Assembly (NCBI GenBank): GCA_965248715.1
Contig: CBDFKB010000006.1
Location: 87,871 to 151,870 of the forward strand
DNA: 64,000 nucleotides
Source of the DNA: Rhizobiaceae bacterium
GTDB taxonomy: Bacteria > Pseudomonadota > Alphaproteobacteria > Rhizobiales > Rhizobiaceae
Direction: 5' to 3'
Made by a program: the position numbers and the translations under genes. Under the pieces are notes generated by a model that saw nothing but the letters and a program-made list of their open reading frames with translations, did not search any database and was not told where the DNA came from. This document shows, piece after piece, positions 53,169-64,000 of this stretch (position 1 is its first letter; every line of letters starts with the position of its first letter).

Positions 53169-54725
53169 TCAGGTAAACGCATCCGGCATCGCTTCCTTTT
53201 TGTGGGCGATATAGGCGGTCAGCGCTTCATCGATCGCTGGATCTAAATCGGGTGCCTGATAGCTGTTTAACCATTCACGGGCGATCCCATTGGCCTTCGC
53301 GGCGGCATTCTTTTCGCCGTCGAGATGCCATTGTTCGAAGGAATTATTGTCCGCAACCTTGGAGACAAAAAACGCGTCCTGGAAATTTGCCTGGGTATGG
53401 GCACAGCCGAGAAAATGGCTGCCCGGCCCGACCTCGCGGATCGCGTCCATGGCCTGGCCGTTTTCCGATAGATCAATGCCTTCGCTTATTTTTTGGTGCG
53501 CCGCCAACTGATCACAATCCATAATGAATTTATCATACGACGACACTAGACCGCCTTCCAGCCAGCCAGCCGAATGCAACATGAAATTGACCCCGCCAAG
53601 CATTGCTGGCCACAGGGTATTTGCGCTTTCATAGGCAGCCTGGGCGTCCGCTACTTTAGAGCCGGTCAGTGAGCCGCCGGACCTAAACGGCAGATTGTAT
53701 CTTCGCGCAAACTGCGCCGCCCCCATCAGCAATTGTCCGGGCTCCGGGGTACCGAACGAGGGTGCGCCGCTTTGCATTGAAATTGCGGTGCCAAAACAAC
53801 CAAGGATCACCGGCGCGCCTGGACGGCACAATTGTGAAAACGCGACTGCTGCCTGTGCTTCCGCTACTACCTGGGTCAAGGTGCCGGCAACGGTCACCGG
53901 CGACATTGCCCCGCCGACGATAAACGGCGACAAGATGCAGGCCTGGCCGGCACGGGCATAAACCTTCATCGCCCCCAGCATGGTCCCATCCATCACCAGG
54001 GGCGAATTGATGTTGATCAAATTGGTAACAACGCAATTGTCGGCGACGAAATCCTTGCCGAACAAAATTTCCGCCATTTCTACTGTGTCAGCGGCGCGCT
54101 CCGGCGCGGTTACCGATCCCATGAATGGTTTGTCGGAATAACGAATGTGCGAATACACCATGTCGAGGTGGCGCTTGTTGACTGCAACGTCGACCGGCTC
54201 GCAAACCGTGCCACCGGAATGGTGCATCGCCGGCGCCATGTAGGCCAGCTTCACGAAATTACGGAAATCCTCAATGGTCGCATAGCGCCGTTCACCTTCC
54301 AGATCGCGCACGAAGGGCGGACCGTAAACCGGCGCGAACACGGTCGCCTTGCCGCCGATTTCGACAGACCGCTGCGGATTGCGCGCATGCTGGGTAAAGG
54401 TTGGTGGCGCGGTTTTCATCAATTCACGGCAAAGACCCTTGGAAAAACGCACCCGCTCGCCTTGGACATCAGCGCCGGCAGCCTTCCACATCTCGAGCGC
54501 TTCCGCATCGTCACGAAATTCGATGCCGATTTCCTCAAGCAAAATATCAGCATTTGCCTCAATCAATCCCATACCTTCCTCATCCAACACATTGGTTGGC
54601 TCCACCTTGCGGCGGATATAGGTAAAAACATTGAGCTTTTGACTGGCCCGGTTTTGCCTGCGCGCCTCGGCACCGCCGCCGCCACGTCGCCCCCGGCGAC
54701 CTGTTTCTGCTTCTTGTTCGCTCAT
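53169..54725 (-). CDS. trimethylamine methyltransferase (MttB) superfamily protein, non-pyrrolysine type (quaternary-amine:corrinoid methyltransferase)
   Basis: MttB-family sequence throughout with no in-frame TAG. I prefer the second ATG of ATGATG at 54725, with GGAG 6 nt upstream. The track ORF extends to 54920. Confidence 0.85.
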   Translation of the reverse strand: MSEQEAETGRRGRRGGGGAEARRQNRASQKLNVFTYIRRKVEPTNVLDEEGMGLIEANADILLEEIGIEFRDDAEALEMWKAAGADVQGERVRFSKGLCRELMKTAPPTFTQHARNPQRSVEIGGKATVFAPVYGPPFVRDLEGERRYATIEDFRNFVKLAYMAPAMHHSGGTVCEPVDVAVNKRHLDMVYSHIRYSDKPFMGSVTAPERAADTVEMAEILFGKDFVADNCVVTNLININSPLVMDGTMLGAMKVYARAGQACILSPFIVGGAMSPVTVAGTLTQVVAEAQAAVAFSQLCRPGAPVILGCFGTAISMQSGAPSFGTPEPGQLLMGAAQFARRYNLPFRSGGSLTGSKVADAQAAYESANTLWPAMLGGVNFMLHSAGWLEGGLVSSYDKFIMDCDQLAAHQKISEGIDLSENGQAMDAIREVGPGSHFLGCAHTQANFQDAFFVSKVADNNSFEQWHLDGEKNAAAKANGIAREWLNSYQAPDLDPAIDEALTAYIAHKKEAMPDAFT

Positions 54726-55176
54726 CATCTGCTCCAACAATATCACCGGCGCACCCTGATCGGGCATACAATAATCTGTAAGTATATTTGTACTCGCCGA
54801 CCGGTACGGACTATCACCACAGGCAATGGGCAACGGACTGCCTGCTTGCGTCCCACGTTGACGCAATTCCGACAAGCACGGCTTGTGGCCGAACCCCGGG
54901 CCACCAACAATGTGGATCAAATTTATCTTGGGCCAGCAATATCACGAATTTGGGTCGCAATTATACCAAGGGAATTTACTATTGACTTTATTGACCGCCG
55001 CGATTTTTCAACGCACTCCAACCTCTCGTGGTGGAGCAAACCGGCCGACTAAAGGCGCTTTTCCACCCGATTTCGGGCACCGAAAAGCGCCCTGTGCGTG
55101 GGTTTTAAACCGGTGATTATCGCAAAACCACGGTGCTGGTTTTTGCCCATACGTTTCCAACGTCGTTGCAAGATTT

Positions 55177-55241
55177 GCCCAATACCCGGACCCGATACCC
55201 TGGCCCAATACCCTGGCCCAATACCCTGGCCCAATACCCGG
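55177..55241. repeat. 13-bp tandem repeat x5 (GCCCAATACCCTG)
   Basis: GCCCAATACCCGG ACCCGATACCCTG GCCCAATACCCTG GCCCAATACCCTG GCCCAATACCCGG. The paralogous element at 60.6 kb has a single unit. Confidence 0.9.
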
Positions 55242-55262
55242 GCATCGCGCTGGGTTTTGCAC

Positions 55263-55367
55263 CTAGCGCTTGTCACGAAGCGTTGGGATAGCTTCGTCGC
55301 GCGATCTCTTTGTTTATGTGTGTCATTTTTCCCAAAACCGGTACCCACTTTTCGGGAATACACGCTC
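55263..55367. repeat. mosaic palindromic repeat (B-spacer-A, reverse) nested inside MITE-like element 1 at a CTAG
   Basis: CTAGCGCTTGTCACGAAGCGTTGGGATAGCTTCGTCGCGCG...CCCAAAACCGGTACCCACTTTTCGGGAATACACGCTC. Absent from the homologous position (CTAG at 60578-60581) of element 2. Confidence 0.85.
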
Positions 55368-55591
55368 TCGCCGGATCAACCGGTTTGCCTCCATCAAATA
55401 GGTCAATAGTAAATTCCCTTGGTATAAGTACAATCCCACACCAAAGCCGGTCATTTGCGGCTGCATCAGGTGTGCTGCCAATTTCTGCACGAGATCAGCC
55501 CAATTTTCATAAAATCATAACCAATTATAGCGATTACTTATTAATGCTGGTGAATTTGCCTATATTTTGGATTTTGTGGACCTCTTGAAAA

Positions 55592-58177
<2,586 letters not shown>

Positions 58178-58180
<3 letters not shown>

Positions 58181-58280
58181 AGCACAATCTGAAAAGTGGT
58201 GGCCTGCTTTCAGAAAAATTGTGCGACAAAACAAATAGATAGAGCACTATTTGCGATTCACAAATCGCGAAAAGTGCTTG
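58178..58280. repeat. mosaic repeat (variant module A', spacer, hairpin B') abutting the IS110 left end
   Basis: CTAGAGCACAATCTGAAAAGTGGTGGCCTGCTTTCAGAAAAATTGTGCGACAAAACAAATAGATAGAGCACTATTTGCGATTCACAAATCGCGAAAAGTGC. The B' hairpin lacks the terminal CTAGC seen in the copy at 9990. Confidence 0.85.
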
Positions 58281-58289
58281 TCTTATGAT

Positions 58290-58480
58290 TTTCCGTGTTG
58301 TTCGGGCATACTTGGTTCCGCCGCGGGGAGGCCCACCTCCCTTGCGGCGGCGAGGGATGGATCGTGAAAGTGCTGGCCGTTTTACGGGCCGAGCTAGAGT
58401 ATGATCACCCTCGTCTTTTCCAATGGCCTGAATGGATACCAGGGCATGAAGGCCCGCATGACAAGCAAAGGCGCGGAAAA
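58290..58480 (+). ncRNA. candidate IS110 bridge (seeker) RNA in the 5' non-coding end
   Basis: Position upstream of the recombinase, as in IS110-group elements. Strong hairpin CCGCCGC-GGGGAGG-CCCA-CCTCCC-TT-GCGGCGG at 58318-58350 and a second stem GGCCGTTTTACGGGCC. No covariance model was run. Confidence 0.35.
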
Positions 58481-58481
58481 G

Positions 58482-59420
58482 ATGACACAATCTACCATCG
58501 GCGTGGACATTTCGAAAGAGACTTTGGACGTTCATCGCCATCCCGAAGGCAAGCATCGCCAGTTCACCAACAATCCACAAGGTTTTCGATGCCTGGTCAA
58601 ATGGCTGGGCAAGGAGCCTGTCTCCCGAATTGTTTTCGAGGCAACCGGTCCTTATCACCGCGCCTTTGAGCGTGCGTTGAGCCGGGCTGACCTGCCTCTG
58701 GCCAAGATCAATCCTCTCCATGCCAAGCGGTTTGGCCAGGCGCTTGGTCAACTGGCCAAGACGGATAAGATGGATGCCGCCCTGTTGGCACGCTTCGGCG
58801 TTGCCATCGAACCCCGGACACGCCCGGCTGTGCCGCAGATCCTGTGTAATCTCAAGGATATGCATGTCGCCCGCATAGCTCTCATCAAGGACCGGACCGC
58901 CGCCAAGAACCGTCAGAAAAACCTTTGCGTGACGATCCTCAAACGTCAAGTCGAACAGCGCTTGAAGCAGATCGAAGAACACTTGGCCCAGATCGAGAAG
59001 GCAATCATGGACATCATCAAAAACGACCCCACACTAGCCGCAAGGTTCACTATCTTGACAAGCATTCCCGGTGTCGCTGAGCGTTCCGCGATGGCGTTGC
59101 TCATCGACATGCCCGAGCTCGGCACCTTGAACAGCCAGACTGCGGCCGGTCTGTCCGGCACGGCCCCAATGCTACGACAGTCCGGAAAACGAAAAGGACA
59201 GGCCTTCGTTCAAGGTGGTCGTTCGCACGTGCGCCAGGCGCTCTATATGCCGGCGCTCGTGGCAACCCGGTTCAATCCAGATATGAAGGCCAAATATGAT
59301 CAGCTCAAAGCAGCAGGAAAACCGTCAAAAGTCGCCATAACCGCTGTCATGCGAAAACTCATCGTACTCGCAAACGCCCTCCTAAGGGATCAACGAATGT
59401 GGAGCAAAAACATCGCTTGA
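58482..59420 (+). CDS. IS110 family transposase/recombinase (DEDD_Tnp_IS110 + Transposase_20)
   Basis: MTQSTIGVDISKETLDVH...IVFEATGPYH...AKTDKMDAALLARF...LTSIPGVAERSAMALL...RQALYMPALVA. Confidence 0.9.
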   Translation: MTQSTIGVDISKETLDVHRHPEGKHRQFTNNPQGFRCLVKWLGKEPVSRIVFEATGPYHRAFERALSRADLPLAKINPLHAKRFGQALGQLAKTDKMDAALLARFGVAIEPRTRPAVPQILCNLKDMHVARIALIKDRTAAKNRQKNLCVTILKRQVEQRLKQIEEHLAQIEKAIMDIIKNDPTLAARFTILTSIPGVAERSAMALLIDMPELGTLNSQTAAGLSGTAPMLRQSGKRKGQAFVQGGRSHVRQALYMPALVATRFNPDMKAKYDQLKAAGKPSKVAITAVMRKLIVLANALLRDQRMWSKNIA

Positions 59421-59463
59421 TTAATACGGATACTCTAAGCCTGTGGGCAATTAAGTTTGATTT

Positions 59464-59517
59464 GGCGCATCTTCTTATCCGAAAACCGCACCACACTTTC
59501 CGGGAATACACTCTAGC
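59464..59517. repeat. mosaic repeat module A (reverse) abutting the IS110 right end
   Basis: GGCGCATCTTCTTATCCGAAAACCGCACCACACTTTCCGGGAATACACTCTAGC. Confidence 0.85.
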
Positions 59518-59527
59518 GATCCATCAT

Positions 59528-60022
59528 TCAGTCGGCGTCAACGAAACTGATGAATACCGCATTGGTAAAGCCAACTACCGGCTTTCCATCTTGATTTTCG
59601 CCGCCCGCCGATCCGCTCATGATATGCCAACCGGTCTTTGATTGCGACGCCCGTACCGCGCCGACCTGATACCAATAACTGATCGTATCTCCGGCATAGA
59701 CCGGGCGGAACCATTTCAAGTCACGAATGCCCGGTGCAGGGCCAAATTCGACCGGTATTTCGCCGGCAGCGCGCGCCGCCTCTTGTAATCGAACCAATTC
59801 GGCCGCCTGCAACCCCATCCACACCGCCGTGGTGTGCCAGCCGGATGCGCACAGCGCCCCATAAAGGCTGTTTCTTGCTGCCTCGGCATCGAGGTGAAAG
59901 GGCTGCGGATCAAACTTTTCGGCGAAGCAAATAATCTCTTCGGCGGTGAAATCGTGGGAACCAAGTTCCTGGCGCGCTCCAGGTTTGAGTGCATCACGCA
60001 TCGGGGTTGGTGAGCGGTTCAT
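59528..60022 (-). CDS. MaoC-like (hotdog fold) dehydratase
   Basis: FAEKFDPQPFHLDAEAA motif. 164 aa. Confidence 0.8.
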   Translation of the reverse strand: MNRSPTPMRDALKPGARQELGSHDFTAEEIICFAEKFDPQPFHLDAEAARNSLYGALCASGWHTTAVWMGLQAAELVRLQEAARAAGEIPVEFGPAPGIRDLKWFRPVYAGDTISYWYQVGAVRASQSKTGWHIMSGSAGGENQDGKPVVGFTNAVFISFVDAD

Positions 60023-60489
60023 CGCGAAATTTCCCCGGCGCTCGCATCCAAAATACGGTAGTAACCGGAGCCACGGGATCCGTAGACCTGATTGCCGTGC
60101 TGGTTAAACACCTCGTGACGCATGCCAACAATGCCAAGTTCGGGTCTGGAACGCGACACCCGTTTAGATTCGACAATGGTATGGCCGACCAACACATCAC
60201 CAGGCCGCACCGGATAAAGCCAATTCATTTCGTCGAGACCGGGCGCGCCCTGAGAACTCGATCCGGAAATGAAAGCATCGCACAGCATGCGCATGACGAT
60301 CGCTGCAACATGCCACCCGGACGCCGCCAGGCCGCCAAGCATGGTAGCCTTTGCAGCCTGGTCGTCGAGATGAAAGGGTTGCGGATCAAATTCGCGGGCA
60401 AACTCAAGGATTGCTTCGCGGCTGACCGTGTAGGGCCCGAGCACAATGCGGTGGCCGACTTCGAGTTGGTATATATCCATCATTACCAC
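60019..60489 (-). CDS. MaoC-like (hotdog fold) dehydratase, tandem paralogue
   Basis: FAREFDPQPFHLDDQAA motif. 4-bp overlap with the downstream paralogue. Confidence 0.8.
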   Translation of the reverse strand: MVMMDIYQLEVGHRIVLGPYTVSREAILEFAREFDPQPFHLDDQAAKATMLGGLAASGWHVAAIVMRMLCDAFISGSSSQGAPGLDEMNWLYPVRPGDVLVGHTIVESKRVSRSRPELGIVGMRHEVFNQHGNQVYGSRGSGYYRILDASAGEISR

Positions 60490-60520
60490 AGCCCCAAACG
60501 GTTTTTCCTAACCCAATTCC

Positions 60521-60825
60521 TTATACCAAGGGAATTTAATATTGACTCATTTGATGGATGCAAACCGGTTCATCCGGCTAGACGCAAAGCGCGGCGCGAT
60601 GCCGGGGTATCGGGCAAGCTTTGTAACGACGCCCGGTGGGCCGGTTTGCTCCACCATGAAAGGTTGGAGTACGTTGAAAAAGCCACAATATGGCCGCGCG
60701 ATTTTGGCCCCTGACGTTGTTGGAACCCGCTTATGGTGGGGTCCGTACCATGGCGCGGTCTTCGCCTAGTCAGCGAACAAAATCGCGGTGGTCAAATGGG
60801 TCAATATTAAGTTCCCTTGGTATTA
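60521..60825. mobile_element. MITE-like element copy 2 (305 bp), 24/26 TIRs, inverted relative to copy 1
   Basis: TTATACCAAGGGAATTTAATATTGAC at 60521-60546 versus GTCAATATTAAGTTCCCTTGGTATTA at 60800-60825. Internal blocks (e.g. GGCCGGTTTGCTCCACCATGAAAGGTTGGAGTACGTTGAAAAA) match the reverse complement of 55003-55050. Confidence 0.7.
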
Positions 60826-61036
60826 CACCAACGGTGGCTGATATCGACCTATTGAGCCACTGTTGGTATTATCCTTTTGATCAAGCCATCAAAAGCAAAA
60901 TGCCTCAAGCGTTAACCATGCTGACAACCGATCAATGCCCGACCATTGAGTTGTGGTTAATATGAAGTTACGAATTTCCGTCCGCGACCAGGGAGATGCT
61001 TGCCTAACAGTCTTGCAACCTGGGGCTACGGTGACA

Positions 61037-62212
61037 ATGGGTATATTTGCCAAACCATTAGCAAAAACTGGAGCAGTACGGGCGGCATTATCGATCACGA
61101 TGGCGTCGGCATTGATAGCCGGTTGTGTCAGTCGGCCGCAGGAAAGTCGGGAAATCCGTACTTTGTTGCCGATGGAAGCGGTCGACATCAAAGCAGATGC
61201 CAACGAAGCGTTGGGCCGCAACCATGCCTCGGCAAAAGCGGAAATCGCCGACGACGGTGCCTATACGGTTTTGGCACTATCGTCTGGAGGCGCCGACGGC
61301 GCATTTGGCGCCGGGGTGATGAAAGGCTGGACCCAAAGTGGCCAGCGGCCTGAATTCGATGTCGTTACTGGAGTATCGACCGGTGCACTAATGTCTGTTC
61401 TGGTGTTTTTAGGACCAAGATACGACCAAACCCTGGAGCAATTATATACCACGATCTCCAATCAGGATTTGTTTAAGAAACGAGGTCTGGCGGCGGTGTT
61501 TTCCGATTCACTTTATGATTACGAGCCATTGAAGCGGCAAATCGCGGAAATAATAACCGAGCAAATACTCGACGATATTGCCACCGAACACGATAAGGGG
61601 CGCAGGTTGTTCGTCGCCACTACCAATTTGGATGCTGGCGAATTGGTGGTTTGGGACATGGGAGAAATCGCCAAGGGAGGACGCTCCGATTCGCTGCTGC
61701 ATTTCCGCAAAGTATTGCGTGCTTCAGCCGCTGTGCCGGGCTTTTTTACACCGGTCTACATCAAGCCGCGACGGGGGGTTCAGTTGCGCCAGGCCCATGT
61801 CGATGGTGGTGTAAAAGCGCCGATCCTAATCGAGAGCTTCATGCTGCCGGCCGACGAACCAAACAAAATGGTCTATGCGATCATCAATGCCAACCAAACC
61901 CGCCGCAACGCCTCGGTGCCAATCAATGCCGACCTAGCATCGATTGCGCAAAAGTCGATCGCCGAACTGATGCGGGAATTGATGAACGACACGGTATTTC
62001 GCGGCTATGTCACCTCGGTAAACGCCGGCGCGATCTATCGCCAAGCCGCAATCCCGGACGAAATTCCGATCAGCCAAGAATCGCTGGATTTTGATCCGGT
62101 TCGCATGCGTGAACTCTACCAGGCCGGATATCAGATCGGCCTCAAGGGGCAAAAAAACTGGCCGGATCAACCAAATAATCTCAGTAATTACGAGAAACTC
62201 GTTCGTCGCTGA
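61037..62212 (+). CDS. patatin-like phospholipase family lipoprotein
   Basis: Lipobox LIAGC, oxyanion SSGGADGAFGAG, GVSTG nucleophile elbow, HVDGG catalytic Asp region. I prefer the ATG at 61037. Confidence 0.85.
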   Translation: MGIFAKPLAKTGAVRAALSITMASALIAGCVSRPQESREIRTLLPMEAVDIKADANEALGRNHASAKAEIADDGAYTVLALSSGGADGAFGAGVMKGWTQSGQRPEFDVVTGVSTGALMSVLVFLGPRYDQTLEQLYTTISNQDLFKKRGLAAVFSDSLYDYEPLKRQIAEIITEQILDDIATEHDKGRRLFVATTNLDAGELVVWDMGEIAKGGRSDSLLHFRKVLRASAAVPGFFTPVYIKPRRGVQLRQAHVDGGVKAPILIESFMLPADEPNKMVYAIINANQTRRNASVPINADLASIAQKSIAELMRELMNDTVFRGYVTSVNAGAIYRQAAIPDEIPISQESLDFDPVRMRELYQAGYQIGLKGQKNWPDQPNNLSNYEKLVRR

Positions 62213-62235
62213 GCAAACCATACGGAGACAAAATA

Positions 62236-62916
62236 ATGACCGAACGCACCCTTTTGATCACTGGCGCTTCGACCGGCATTGGAGCAGCCACCGCCCGAGC
62301 CGCTGTAGAGGCGGGATGGAAGGTGGCACTCGCCGCACGCACGGCTGAGCGTTTGCAGGCTTTGGTGGCCGAGATCGGCAATAAACGGGCGCTGGCAATC
62401 CAATGCGATGTTTCGAATGAGAGCCAAGTGCGCGAAATGACGGCAAAGGCGGCCAAATTCGGCACTTTGTCGGCGGTTTTTGCCAATGCCGGCCTTGGCG
62501 CTGCTAGTGCTGGGACCGAAAATGGCGAGACGGACAATTGGCGCGAGATGATCGACGTCAATATTTGGGGCCTATGTTTGACTGCGAAATACGCCCTGCC
62601 CCATCTGCGCCAGATCGAAGGCGGGCACATGCTGCTGACCGGCAGCCGCGCCGGCCGCAGCATTATTCGCGGCTCGATCTACGGCGCGACCAAATGGTTT
62701 GTGCACGGTTTTGGCCAGAATTTGGCGATCGAAATGGCCGAATGGGGCGGCCGTTGCACGGTGATTGCCCCTGGCATGGTCGACACCCCGTTTTTCGACG
62801 ATCCGAAACCGCAAGCACTGACCGCCGAAGATGTCGCCACCGCAGCGATCTACGCAATCGAGCAGCCGGCGCGGGTCAATGTGCGAGAAATTTTGCTGAC
62901 CCCCGGCGGGGTGTAA
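62236..62916 (+). CDS. SDR family oxidoreductase
   Basis: TGASTGIGAATA cofactor motif and YGATKWFV catalytic YxxxK. Confidence 0.9.
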   Translation: MTERTLLITGASTGIGAATARAAVEAGWKVALAARTAERLQALVAEIGNKRALAIQCDVSNESQVREMTAKAAKFGTLSAVFANAGLGAASAGTENGETDNWREMIDVNIWGLCLTAKYALPHLRQIEGGHMLLTGSRAGRSIIRGSIYGATKWFVHGFGQNLAIEMAEWGGRCTVIAPGMVDTPFFDDPKPQALTAEDVATAAIYAIEQPARVNVREILLTPGGV

Positions 62917-62924
62917 AGTCGGGC

Positions 62925-63572
62925 CTACAAATCTGCCAACACGTTATTCAAATCCCCATAACCGGTGAACCGTTTTTCATAGGTTAACCCAAGGAATTCA
63001 GCCGCTTTTTCAGCTGCCGCGTCGAGCGCCGGGTCTTCGCGTTGCGCCAAATAGACCAAGGTTTGGTAATTGCCAAAGTACATGTCGCGCAATTCAGGGT
63101 GCCGGTCGAGGCCGAGTGGTCGGGTGATGAAGGCATCAAACTGCCGGGCCAGAAAATCGGTCAGGAAAAAGCTGCGGATATCGTCTTCGTCACGGGCGGC
63201 AAATCCATCATTGCCCCAAAAAAACGAATAGCAATGCGGGCCGGCAATCCGTTCAACACCGTGCCGCTGGCATACGTTGTCGAGCAGCCCGCCAGTGCCG
63301 CAATCCGCATAAGCGATAAAGACGTTTTCAAACCCGCCAGCGCGCGCTTCGACAATTTCGCGCTCGACCTCAGCGGGGATCTTTTCCGGGTGGTGGTGCA
63401 AAATAGCCGGCAAGCAGGCCAGATCGATATGATCGAGCCCGTTGGCTTGGCAAACCGCAAGGATTTCACGCGCAATCGCGCCACAGGCAATAACCCTTAA
63501 GGATTTGCCGCTGCGAGCTGGAAAGTGTTGGTTCTGTGCCACCAACCCATCGGTTTCTACCGGCTGTTTCAC
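62925..63572 (-). CDS. DUF1638 domain protein (accessory protein of corrinoid methyltransferase systems)
   Basis: 215 aa. Typical DUF1638 layout (..VIACGAIAREI..., YADCGTGG) directly downstream of a corrinoid protein gene. Confidence 0.75.
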   Translation of the reverse strand: MKQPVETDGLVAQNQHFPARSGKSLRVIACGAIAREILAVCQANGLDHIDLACLPAILHHHPEKIPAEVEREIVEARAGGFENVFIAYADCGTGGLLDNVCQRHGVERIAGPHCYSFFWGNDGFAARDEDDIRSFFLTDFLARQFDAFITRPLGLDRHPELRDMYFGNYQTLVYLAQREDPALDAAAEKAAEFLGLTYEKRFTGYGDLNNVLADL

Positions 63573-63654
63573 CGATGTTATCCTTCGCTTCCAACAAAAA
63601 CGGCGGACATTGCTGCCCGCCCGAAACCTGTGTCACCCTGGCGAAACCGGACGG

Positions 63655-64000
63655 TCAGGCGGTAGCCGCTTGATTGTGGCGCCTAGCCATGATCGCCTTT
63701 GCGGTTTCGACCGCCACCGCAGCGTCGCGGCAATACGCGTCCGCCCCGATCGCCTTGCCGAACTCCTCGTTCAACGGCGCACCGCCAACGATCACGTCTA
63801 ACTGATCGCGCAAGCCCTTTTCCACCAACGTGTCGATCACAACCTTCATATAAGGCATAGTGGTGGTGAGCAGCGCCGACATGCCCAAAATTTCTGGATT
63901 ATGCTCTTCGATCGCTGCCAGATAGGCGTCCACATCATTGTTGATACCGATGTTGAAGACATCGAAGCCGGCGCCTTCCATCATCATCGCCACTAAATTT
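63655..64000 (-). CDS. cobalamin-binding corrinoid protein, C-terminal part (5' end beyond window end)
   Basis: VAMMMEGAGFDVFNIGINNDVDAYLAAIEEHNPEILGMSALLTTTMPYMK...VIVGGAPL is the B12-binding Rossmann domain. The frame is open to the window edge. Confidence 0.8.
   Translation of the reverse strand, partial: NLVAMMMEGAGFDVFNIGINNDVDAYLAAIEEHNPEILGMSALLTTTMPYMKVVIDTLVEKGLRDQLDVIVGGAPLNEEFGKAIGADAYCRDAAVAVETAKAIMARRHNQAATA

Larger units (their letters stand above)
54961..55427. mobile_element. MITE-like element copy 1 (467 bp) with perfect 26-bp terminal inverted repeats; carries nested repeats
   Basis: TTATACCAAGGGAATTTACTATTGAC at 54961-54986 is the exact reverse complement of 55402-55427. 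The subterminal and internal segments are homologous to 60521-60825 in the opposite orientation. Confidence 0.7.
58281..59460 (+). mobile_element. IS110-family insertion sequence (about 1.18 kb, boundaries approximate)
   Basis: DEDD-type transposase with about 200 nt of 5' non-coding and about 40 nt of 3' non-coding sequence and no terminal inverted repeats, embedded between mosaic-repeat modules. Confidence 0.75.

Noticed and set aside
53169-54725. Pyrrolysine (in-frame TAG) in the MttB homologue
   Set aside because: The reading frame is uninterrupted and no TAG occurs in frame, so this is a non-Pyl family member. No pyl genes are in the window.
54147-55052. 301-aa plus-strand ORF
   Set aside because: Antisense to the MttB homologue and extending into the intergenic repeat. 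Low-complexity product.
60542-60769. 75-aa ORF inside MITE-like element 2
   Set aside because: It is not conserved as an open frame in the homologous element 1, which is interrupted by insertions. It has no start context and is most likely non-coding element sequence.

Overview
64-kb chromosomal segment, about 55% GC by eye, most likely from an alphaproteobacterium. Supporting evidence: an acpXL-fabZXL-fabF2XL-fabF1XL-adh-lpxXL cluster for very-long-chain-fatty-acid lipid A, a psd-pssA-methyltransferase phospholipid cluster, and Rhizobiales-style palindromic intergenic repeats. Core genes, in order: a PLD-like gene truncated at the window start and absent from the ORF track; ettA; ogt; cspA; psd/pssA; AraC regulator; EamA transporter; orphan parD; HCCA isomerase; preT/preA dihydropyrimidine dehydrogenase; DinB; TauE; dusA; a 2-aminoethylphosphonate catabolic cluster (phnW, phnX, class-III PLP enzyme, LysR); a 5-gene Opp/Dpp-type ABC importer; apbC/mrp; the acpXL cluster; an L,D-transpeptidase; NAD-dependent formate dehydrogenase (fused fdsGB and fdsA, separated by three small genes); and a dispersed corrinoid-dependent methyl-transfer set (homocysteine S-methyltransferase, ferredoxin-like protein, non-Pyl MttB homologue, DUF1638, corrinoid protein at the right edge). 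Also present: a hybrid histidine kinase, two MaoC hotdog proteins, a patatin lipoprotein and an SDR. Accessory content is dense. (1) A BglII/BstYI-like endonuclease plus MT-A70 methylase cassette sits between 104-bp direct repeats of the ettA 3' end. (2) Two IS5-family elements, an AT-rich foreign patch and a prs gene remnant surround ogt. (3) Two tandem 466-bp GIY-YIG nuclease cassettes with hairpin-containing inverted ends are inserted in the 5' end of preA, each rebuilding 81 bp of the target. (4) An IS110-family element lies inside a palindromic repeat cluster. (5) A roughly 100-bp mosaic repeat family ending at CTAG appears at 8 loci. (6) A family of elements with 26-bp terminal inverted repeats has two full and two collapsed copies. 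(7) A low-GC two-gene islet of unknown function sits at 51.1-52.3 kb. No rRNA, tRNA or CRISPR array was seen. The most unusual feature is the GIY-YIG cassette system at 17.5-18.7 kb.
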